DNA of 64,000 bases from Octopus vulgaris (Eukaryota), in contig OX597841.1 of assembly GCA_951406725.2 (NCBI GenBank), positions 20,336,001-20,400,000 on the forward strand. The letters are read 5' to 3'. The position numbers and the translations under genes were made by a program. Shown here piece after piece: positions 53,701 to 64,000 of the stretch. Under the pieces are notes generated by a model. The model saw nothing but the letters and a program-made list of their open reading frames with translations, searched no databases and was not told where the DNA came from. Within the stretch, counting starts at the first letter, position 1. Each line of letters begins with the position of its first letter.

Positions 53701-55888
53701 GCACTATATTTTATATTTAGATTTCTGATATAAGGACTTCTTGAGTGTAGACGACAATATGACCCTTCACGATAATTGTAAAAAAGGATCCTGTGGAGGT
53801 TACAGTCCACTACACAAATAGTTCCTTTGACAACTCCAATAGTTGAGACAGTAGCCGAAGGAAGTTGCAACCTCCATTTAACTTCTCCATATATATCATA
53901 ACATATGACAATTGACTCTCTACTGTAGATAACATAGAAGTAAATTTTATTGGAGTAGATATGATGAGGGTAGCCATTGAAATCAAGATGCCTTTCGAAA
54001 AGCTCTTTGCAGTCAATTGAATAAAATACCAGTTTATGTTCTTTCTTCATTACAACAACAAAATTGATTGGAGTTGCAGCAATGCTGACATCACAATGTT
54101 CTAATGAAATTCTATTTTCAATAACAACTTTATCCTCCTTAACCAACAGAATATGTACTTCTTTGTTTTCGTCAGTGGTTAGAGCCAAAAACTTATTGGA
54201 TACTATATGACAGATTTGAATGTAATGAGCATGGATGTCTATCAAGGGGCCTTGGTTTAGTACTGGACAATCAACAAGGCATGTAATATATTGAATTTTC
54301 CTGTTTTCTTTAAACAGAACAAGAAATGAGCTTGAGTCCAATCTACAAAAGTCAGTAGGTTGAAACTGGAAAGTTAAGGATTTTCTCCAAATTTTTGTTC
54401 CATTATCAGTAAATAATATAGCTTTCAGATTCCAATAAGTAACTAACACAGAAGAGCTTGTCATGGGCAGAATCTTTTTAATATGGTAGGGGTCATCAAT
54501 GTAAATTTGATTGTTCAAAACAGGGGTTTGTTTCTGCTGTGAGCAAGTTAACCTTGGCCAAAAGTCTTTATTTCTCTCAACAACATGTCCAACACCGAAA
54601 TAATCAGAAAAGAAAATATTTTTGGTGCCTACAGAAAAATATCGAGCTTTTATCGCAATTTCTCTCTGTGATACACTACCTGCAGATGAAATCTTATAAA
54701 TGATCTTTCCTTGGAGGACATAAAAATAGTTGCCATAAACAGTGAGGTCAGTTGGAGAAGTGAGAGAATGGCTAATAAACTGAAATAACTGTTGACCTTC
54801 AAAATTATAACAAATAATTCTATTTATATTGGCAAATGTTATTAACACGCTATCATTTGTTCCTACGGCGATATTTGCAGGGTCGTCTTTCAGACTAAAT
54901 ATGCTTTCAACTGTATTATGAACCCAGTCTACGAGGTATATTATTTTACTAAACAATTTGATACCTAAAAAGGTACAATTTTTCACAAAAGTAATTTTGT
55001 TAAAGCCACAATGAAAAGTTTTCATTTGACAACTAGAAGGATTGATAAAGATAATTTTTTTCCTGAATGGGATTGTTGCCATAACAGTCTGTTTATCAAC
55101 TCTGGTAAGATCCGTGACTGGAGAAGGACTATGAACAACATTGCAGTCACCGTCTGTTGTGAAACAAGATAAAGTCATTAAATGTCGTGAATAAGTCGCT
55201 ATTCCACCTTCGATTCTGATGATATTTGAAATTGTGTTTGGAGAATCTTTATCTGAAGCACAGAAATTTAATGTTCTGGGCACAGCCGGTGAGAGTGGAC
55301 GAAACTTTTCCAATGGCTTTTGCATGGCAATGTTCTTGTAAAAGAAAGAATTGCCGTTTGTGTATAAGTTAAAACATTGTTCAAGAAAAGAGGCAACTTC
55401 TTTCTGAACAATAGAATCATCAGAACTGGTTTTAAACAATCTGTTTATTGTGTGTTTAAAATCTTGCTTAAAAAGTTCTGTATTTAGTCCTTCACTTTCT
55501 AAGTAAATACAAAATTCATTCTTTTTGATTTTCAGCATTTTCAAATTGTTTGCATATTCTTTCATTGTTAGTTTGTGTCCAATTTTGGACAAAATCCTTG
55601 GTCCTTTAACTATTTCCTGCTTTGTCTGGTCACCTTTATTATGGCTTTTGCTTCTGCAATTTTTTGAAACTTCCTCTGTCATCGCTTCATTTTCATCTTT
55701 ATATTTGTTATAATAATCTGTTAAAGCTGTTTTCATTTTGAATGATGGCATCTTGAAGCTGTCTTCCTCTTCCTTTAATGTTAGATTCATACTTGGTGAC
55801 AAGCTGGCAGAATCGTTAGCACACCGGAAAAAATGTTTTTTGGTATTCTGTCTGTCTTTCTGCACCTGAGAAGACATGTCAAGCAGAT
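50721..55888 (-). CDS. Uncharacterised ~1,700-aa protein with ~6 tandem NHL/beta-propeller-like modules (single giant exon)
   Basis: 1751 open codons in AT-rich DNA, no TE motifs, and beta-strand-rich ~250-270-aa periodicity. Candidate acceptor atttcattatag| at 55889; in-frame ATGs at 55877 and 55790. The true start or any upstream exons are unresolved. Confidence 0.85.
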
Positions 55889-56075
55889 CTATAATGAAAT
55901 ATGAACAAAAACAACATTTATTTTCCTGAAAATATTCAAATCTGAAGAAGATATTTACTTCATAATTTTCAAGCATCTTTTATCTTTTACTTGTTTTAGT
56001 CTTTGGACTGTAGCCATGTTGGGTCACCACCTTAAATGGTTTAGTTGAGCAAATTTTAAAGCCTGTTACCTATTG

Positions 56076-56111
<36 letters not shown>

Positions 56112-57045
56112 TTTCACAGAAGTCACAGGCTGGAAAAGTCTATTCATCTACAACAATAGAGAGCAGTTGCCATATTTCTTTCCATAGCAGCTACCTCTGA
56201 AGAGTGCAGGGTTACATATTCAGACTATTACCTAACACTTCGTTGAACCCCAAGTGTGAAACCAATTGGTAAGATCAGCCATAATGAATATATAAAATTG
56301 TACACTTCAATTAATATATTGTCAATGCTCAGTACTATATATTAGGTAAAGGCCCTATGGAGGTAAATTGGCTGATGCTGGTGGCACATGAAAAGCACTT
56401 TTAGAGTGTTACGCTTCACAAAGGCAGTAACAAATGACTGAGACCATTAGCATTATGTTGTGTTTGAGAAGAAGACCCATGAAGCCAAGTAAAATCACAG
56501 TCATGGCAGATACTGGTGTCACGCAAATGGCACCCATGCTGGTGGCAATTAAAAACACTCATTATACTCTCAGAAGGGTTTAGGAAGGGCATCCAGCTGT
56601 AGAAACCATGCCAAATCAGTCTGGTGCAACCGTCCAGCTTGCCAGCTCTGGTCAAACCATCCAACCCATGGACAACAGACAATAAATGATGATGACAATG
56701 ATGACACATAACAGGCTGCTTCTTTCAGTTTTCATCAACTAAATCCATTACAAGGCTTTGGTCAATCTGGGGCTGGAGAAAGCATTTGGCCAAGGGACTG
56801 AACACAAGCTTCTTAAGCACACATCCACAGCTGTGCCTTTATAGAGTATACACAAAATAAAATATAAATTTTTTGCCCCAGTTCAAAGCAGTGTCTCACC
56901 CAGTGCAGTGCCCCAGCATGGCCTCAGTCAAATGACTGAAACAAGTAAAAGATAAAAAATAATTCCATTTATAAAGCAGTCTAATCAACATTTAAATAAC
57001 TTTTCATTAGAAAAATAATTAGAAAATAAGCATTGATGAGATAAA

Positions 57046-57280
57046 TCTCTCTATATATAAAACTGAGAATGTCTGTCTGTCTGTGTGTTTCCCTAAAACT
57101 TGAGAACTACACAACCAACTTCATTCAAATTTTACACATGCCTTACTTAGGGCCCATGTAGTTTCATGGGCAAAAAAATGTTCAACTTCTTGCCTAGGGC
57201 GAGCCCATAGCAATATCATATTTTCTCCACTGTTTCAGTATTACGTGTTAAAAGTGAAACAAAAACATCTCTCTATTGTA
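57046..57280 (+). mobile_element. Non-autonomous Helitron-like 5' fragment
   Basis: tctatatataaaa...(ctgt)n...ttcaaattttacac start typical of Helitron-N elements. Confidence 0.5.
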
Positions 57281-57544
57281 TGTATATGAATGTATGTATA
57301 TATATATATATATATATTAGTGACAACAACACTCAAAATATATAACAGACTGGAATAGTAGAGCTCAAATGAGCTGCATACACTTTTTAATCTGAGGGGA
57401 ACAATGTGAGCAGCAACTACAAGAACACTACAAAATCCACAGAAAGATCAAACACATACATATATTCATATATTCATTTATATCTACAGAACAGATATAA
57501 AGCCCGACGTTTAGAAATATATAGTAATATATAAATATATAAAA

Positions 57545-58052
57545 TCCTTGTCTCCACTCTTGAAACTTTGCCTCTAGTTCTGATAGTGACTCAGCAATTA
57601 GAGCAAGGTCATCAGCGTAGGGGAGCTCCCAGGGGCATCCTGTCTTGAATTCCTCCGTTATTGCCTGGAGGACTATGATAAATAGGAGGGAGCTGAGGAC
57701 TGAACCTTGGTGGACCCCTACCTCTACCCTGAATTCTTTAGTGTACTCGTTGCCAACCCTCACCTTACTTACAGTGTCTCTGTACATGGCTTGCACAGCT
57801 CTCACTAACCATTCATCTATCCCTAGTTTCCTCATTGACCACCAGATAAGGGATCGGGGGACCCTGTCGAAGGCTTTCTCCATGTCAACAAAAGCCAGGT
57901 ACAGGGGCTTATCTTTGGCTAGGTATTTCTGATGCAGCTGTCTCACCAGAAATATGGCATCAGTGGTGCTTTTTCCTGGCACGAAACCAAACTGCATCTC
58001 ATCCAAGCTGACTCTCTCCCTAATCAGTTGGGCTATGACCCTCTCCATAACC
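57545..58052 (-). mobile_element. RTE-clade RT fragment
   Basis: QFGFVPGKSTTDAIF, FVDMEKAFDRVPR, GVHQGSVLSSLLF, YADDLAL. Confidence 0.92.
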
Positions 58053-58399
58053 TGTGTGTGTGTTTTACAGCACATCAGACACCAGCCAGAACTTTTGAGG
58101 GCCAAAAATACACATGTACCTATATACACCCCCACACACTTATATACACATATACAAATATATATACGTACATTAACACAAATAGATACATACATATACA
58201 CTCATACACACAAATAAATATATACATACACGTATACTCACAAATACATACATGCACACATACATACACTCATATAAACAAGTAGATACATACGTACACA
58301 CACACATATATATACCCACATATACACAAACATGAAGCTAGAAAGAAGTGCTGCTGGTGCATTTCAACATGGGAAACACACAAATACTTCTTTATTCTT

Positions 58400-58870
58400 A
58401 ATTGATACATTTAATCAATAAAATATTTCTTCCCATTATTGATAAAATAATCTCATCTGTTTTGGCAATTGTCGACCCCTTCATGATAGAAAATACCTTC
58501 AACATTCCATCAAACACAAAGCACAACTCTTTTTTAGTCTGAGACACCACCTTGGGAATGGATTGTCTATATTTATCGGATGCTATGCCTTGTCGTTCTT
58601 GTTGGAAATGATGACAGAGGACCCGCTTTTCAACAGTTGCAATGATTCTACCAAAGAAAGTTTTGATAACAAGTCTACTCTTCAATGACAAGCAGAGGGT
58701 AGCAAGTCTATGATGAAGCTGAGAAACAGTCACATGATGAGGGACCCACGCTCTGAATTCAAACACTTTTCCCAGTTCATGAAGGTGTTTTATGATCGAA
58801 CTATGACTAAAGTTGAACTGCCTTGCTTAATCTTTTGAGGTTTGCTTTGAATTTTGCTCGGCTGAGTTCG
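58400..58870 (-). mobile_element. Highly decayed mariner fragment
   Basis: AWVPHHVT (WVPHEL) and FFGRIIATVEKRVL (FL.RIVTGDEKWVL). Confidence 0.65.
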
Positions 58871-60589
58871 ATATTGATAGAACTCGATCGGCTAGATCAA
58901 GGGAAATCTAATCCCTCCTCCCCCATTCTTTCTTCCCCAAGAAGAAAAGCTCTGCATTGTATTTTGTCTCCTCTGTGTTCAGCCCTGTGTGGCTAATTAA
59001 GAAACATATCTGTCTGTCTGTCTGTTTGTTTATTACCTGCTTTTTGGCTTAGAAGTTGGCATCCCAGTCATATGTATGCCTGTATGTATGTATGTCTCAG
59101 AATATGACGTCAAGAAATGCAGCATTCCTGTGCACCAGTTTTGTATGGTGTGCATAAAATGATTATAATGTAACTGTTATCAAATTTCTGGCTGCTTATT
59201 CAAAATGATGAAATGAAGAACAACTTTCAAAAGAAACATATTTATTGCTTTAAAATAAATTCAAAGAAACAATATTGAAAATGAAAAAAAAACAGGAAAG
59301 AATTTAAATTAAAATCACTCTCCATGGGGATGGAATATTCTGAAATTTCAGACACTGTCACTCCTTTTCTCTTTCACACACACACACACACACATGGTGC
59401 TGGCATCGCTGTTTTCCTTCCCAATCACCACCACCACCACAAGCTGCCACATAAAGGCCTACTTGTTAATCTGAATAATTAATTCACAGTAATATGAGTC
59501 AATAGAATTCTGAGAAAAACGGCTTTTATTGTTGTCCTAGATTTAAAACGCAATTCTTGGAAGTAAACAACAACCCGGATGAAATTCATGATTGTAGCTT
59601 GACCTGCACAAAACAGCAAGTAAATCACCCTCAAATCAAACACTACTCCTTATGTATAATTAATATATACTGGCCTCCGTGCTGGTGGCACGTAAAAAGC
59701 ACCATCCGATTGTGGCTGTTGCCAGCCACGTCTGGCCCCCGTGCCGGTGGCACGTAAAAAGCACCCACTACACTCTCGGAGTGGTAGGTGTTAGGAAGGG
59801 CATCCAGCCGTAGAAACACTGCCAGATCAGACTGAGCCTGGCGCAGCCTCCCGGCTTCCCAGACCCCAGTTGAACCATCCAACCCATGCTAGCATGGAAA
59901 ACGGACGTTAAACGATGATGATAAACATCATATAAAAATATATTGTATTCACTCGACGTTCCATAAGAAATTTAGAAATAAAAATAGCAATAAAAGTTAG
60001 AGGTTATAATAACAATTGAATTAAATATAGTAAGTAGTAATTAAAATAAAACTTAAGTATGGTAATTAAATCGTAATATAACAATTAAAAGAAAAAAATA
60101 GCAATTAGTATAAAATGTATCAAGGACTTGAACTCAAATATGTGGCTTTGCATGAATGGGAGAAATTAAAAGATTAAAAATTTAATTGAGTGCAGAAGTG
60201 ATTTAGTCCAGATGGAGCTGTGCGCATACCATTTACTATAGCTGCAAGCCATGTATCTATGAGGATTTTTGGGAGTACGTAATGTCTGATCTTTCGCATG
60301 TAGCCGGTATGTAATTGTGCATTTGTTTCTGTGTACTGTTGAGTGTAAAACAGTTTCTGTTGAGTGTAAAAAAACATCCTGACGAGGGGAGTGTCAATTT
60401 TAAATATATGATATGTTTTATATTAATTGGCGCATCTCCGAAACAGCCCATAGATGAACTTTTTTGTATTTTTGTAAATTTGTATATTTATCTTCTATGT
60501 ATTTTTATCGGGAATTTTAATTCATCTTTTTAATATGTCATTGTATTTTTTATTACCCCAAATTTTTAATTTAACAAATTTATACCAAA

Positions 60590-60620
60590 CTAGCACCATG
60601 ACCCAGCAACGTCGGGTCAT
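60590..60620 (-). mobile_element. Helitron 3' terminus
   Basis: Minus strand: hairpin atgaccc-gacgttgct-gggtcat followed by ggtg-CTAG-t. Confidence 0.6.
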
Positions 60621-62110
60621 AATTATAATTATAAATCATATAAATGTATAAAATACCATTCAGACCTAGTGATTATGGTTTTCTGCTCATGACTGTAATG
60701 TCAGGTGTTCAGTTTTTGGACAGGGCAGCATGATATTTTTCCCTTGAGCAAGGCACTTCATATCACATTGAGCCAGTTTATAAACAAGAATCAATTCTCT
60801 CCATCTGGAATGAATTCACCCCTGTACCTTTTGTTTTTTTTAAGCCTGGTACTTATTCTGTCAATTTCTTTTGCCCAAACCACTAAGTTACGGGACATTA
60901 GCACAACAACACCAGTTGTCAAGCAGTGTTGGGGGACACAAAGGTACACATATACATACAGACAAACAGACAGACTAGTACAAACATGCTATCTTTAAGA
61001 TAGTATATTTTACATTGATATTATATCACTGTATCACATATTTCTATAGCATATATGCATAAGTATAAACGTGGCATGCAGGTGGGAATAGAGTTTAATG
61101 AGAGGCGGTGTGTGTAGAGTATCTGAAGATGGTTATTTCACTTTTTAGATGTAGTTTAAGGGAGATTTAACTGCTATTGAAACGGATACAAGTTGTATTA
61201 TTAAAGTATACTGGAATTATTACAGAATATATTTTTCATGTACACTGCAACTATTACATGTTATGCATGGTTTTTCTTCAATTATTGTATAATCCCCAGG
61301 TTATTCCTGACATTTTAGTGAGTCCATCAGGTACATTTATTTCATTAGAAAATCCTATAAATTATGCTCTGAAAGTCAGGTATCTTCATAATGGTTGTGA
61401 TGGGTCTGTATTGTTTGCTCTTTGTGTTACTAGACAAATATTTATTTACTATTTGAAAGTACAAAGTAGTATCAAAAAGTTCCTGAACTAGTTATGTTTA
61501 ACCATTTGAGCCCGTAACACCAGTTTACCAGTGGATGGTTTATTTTTCTCCATATGACAGCTCCACTCTACCAGTGGAGATCAGGAAGCCAGGTATAATA
61601 AGGTTCAGGAGGTTAAAAACAACAGCTAAATTGCCCTTTAATCACACACAAAATTTTTTTTTGTATAATTGTACAAATTCCTGGGTGTAGAACACAAATT
61701 GGCAAAAATTTTCTGAAAATTCCAGAAAATAAAAAGGATCTAAAGCTAGTTATGAGGGGTTATATAGGTTGCTTAAACCGGAATACGACCCTTATTTTCC
61801 CTGAAACGATGAAAGGCAAATCAGCATTGATAGAATATGAACACAGATGGATAAAATGGTGCTAAGAATTATGCCCGGTGCAAGTAGCTATTCTATCAGC
61901 TCATCACCTTAATTCTAGAGAATTAAAATAGTTATAACAATAATTTTTACCTGATTAAAACGTCTGGGTTTCAGTTCCTGACTGGAATCTTTCTTTAGAT
62001 TTCAGTCCATTTGTTCAAAGCAGTTCGTTGTAAGAGGCTGCCATAAAATGGCCTCTGTTCATGCAAGTTAGTTTTATAAAGTTGACAGGAAAACTTGTGA
62101 ACGTTATGCA

Positions 62111-62160
<50 letters not shown>

Positions 62161-64000
62161 ATGTGCTTGTGCTTGTGTTTGAGTGTGTGTTTAAGTGTGT
62201 GTGTGCTTTTATTCTTGATTTGACTGCCTTCTTGTTTCTGCCTTCTTCCATCCAGCCATGTTAGTCTGTCAGCCTGCTTTCACCAACAGCATCACCACCC
62301 TTCTTCCTCTTCCTCACTATTCACAAATTTATGTAGGTCAACCACTGCTTCCTGCTCAAATAAGGTCTTGTCTGTTTTCTTTCTTTTTCTTTTCTTCGGG
62401 AGTGGTTGGCAAAATGCTTGTTTTCCAACATGGTTCTGGATTCACTCCCACAGCATGGCACTTTGGACAAAGTGTTTTTTCTATAGTCTTAGCCTTGTAA
62501 ATGGATTTGGTAGATGGAAAACTGAAAGCCCATCTGTATGACACATACAAAGGGTAAAACCCCCTTGGACATGAATGACCATGGGATGCACCTAGAAGTT
62601 ACCCTCTGAGGCACAAGTCCATGTAAGGTCACCCATGCATACCAGCCTCACCTCTCCACACCACCAATATTATACAAGGAAAAGGCAAAGCATATACAAC
62701 TTATTTCTTTATTTCCCACAAGGGGCTAAACACAGAGGGGACAAACAAGGACAGACAAACAGATTAAGTCGATTATATCGACTCCAGTGTGTAACTGGTA
62801 CTTATTTAATCGACCCCGAAAGGATGAAAGGCAAAGTCAACCTCAGTGGAATTTGAACTCAGAACATAGCGGCAGACAAAATACCACTAAGCCCTAGTGA
62901 TGTCACAACTCGTTTCTACAGCTGAGTGAACTGGAGCAATGTGAAATAAAGTGTCTTGCTCAAGAGCACAACATGCAGCCAGGTGTGAGAATCAAAGTCA
63001 TTACTTCATGATTGTGAACCCCAAACTCTAATCACTGAGCCATGAGCTTTCATCATCATCATCACTTAACATCTGTTGACCAGGGCTGGCAAGGCTGGAA
63101 GGCTGCACCAGACTCCAGTCTGGTTTGGCATTGTTTCTATGGCTGGATGCCCTTCCTAACGTCAATTACTCTGAGAGTGTAATGGATGCTTTTAACATGT
63201 CACCTGCATGGGTGCCATTTGCATGACCCCAGTATCTGCCATGACTGCAATTTCACTTGGCTTGGTGGGTCTTCTACTCAAGCACAGCATATTGCCAAAG
63301 GTCTCGGTCATTTGTCATTGCCTTCGTGAGGCCCAACACTCTAAAGATGCATTTTATGTGCCACCAGCATAGGTACTAGTTGTGTGACACCAGTACAGGT
63401 GCTAGTTACATAACACTGGCATCAACCACATTACCTCTGTGTGGCCCAACACTTTAAAAGTGCTTTTTACATTCCACTGGCATTGGCCACAACTATGATT
63501 TCACTTCTCAAAGGTCTTAGTCACTAGTCATTGCCTCATGTATACAAGCCTGCCTCGGCTTAAATCATTTTGATTTAAGTCATTCTCAAAAATAATGTAT
63601 GGAAAAATAAAAATCAAAGCAAGTCATTTTGCTCAACTTTACATCTTTCCACCACAAATATTGGAATCGTAAAATCACTAGAAAACCGTTAAAAGCACAT
63701 AAAGTCATTTTACTGTACAATAAATAAGAATAAAAGCCTATAAAATCATATTAAAACACATACAGTAAATGTTAAGATACACACCATAAAGTGGTGTAGC
63801 TTTGTGAACGAAATCATGAAATTACAAAATCACCAAATTGTATTTAAGTATTGGTAGATTTAAAATAATTTTGTTTTTTTTTACTATTGCGAAATAACAA
63901 TAATTACTGAATTTGTTTTTTAAGCTTAAAGGCTTTCATTTTACCATGTCTTGTTGCAAACTGCATTCATGATACTTCTTGCATTTCACCGCATTGACAA

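Noticed and set aside
55889-55976. ORF-track start MLENYEV... of the giant ORF
   Set aside because: Looks like intronic pyrimidine-rich sequence upstream of a plausible acceptor and next to a SINE; probably not translated.
58398-58766. Possible upstream exon of the propeller gene
   Set aside because: Translates as decayed mariner transposase (WVPH motif).

Overview
AT-rich, repeat-saturated animal genomic DNA. The SINE/RTE families, the microsatellite load and the flotillin sequence suggest a cephalopod, most likely Octopus (inference). Two host genes are supported. (1) The 3' half of flotillin-2 on the + strand: four coding exons at 6361-6695, 14764-14947, 18087-18230 and 29515-29556, with canonical, phase-compatible GT-AG junctions and a probably long 3' UTR. 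(2) A convergent, uninterrupted ~5.2-kb coding exon on the - strand (50721-~55888), encoding a ~1,700-aa protein with about six tandem, highly diverged NHL/beta-propeller-like modules; an antisense SINE head lies in-frame at its 5' end. The rest is mostly mobile DNA: a stop-free CR1-group LINE RT ORF (1-1692, -), a 4.4-kb (TA)n tract, a decayed RTE LINE with three C-terminal C2H2 fingers, several mariners, a nested stack (SINE containing a second SINE and a maT element, which contains a hAT-Charlie), a hAT-Tip100 carrying a 9-bp-TSD MITE, CRE, Penelope and Helitron remnants, fold-back elements with minimal-hammerhead-like cores, and many SINEs. An unexplained CpG-rich promoter-like island and two look-alike cryptic acceptors sit in the last flotillin intron. 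No rRNA, bona fide tRNA gene or CRISPR array was seen. Family assignments come from motif recognition, not database searches.
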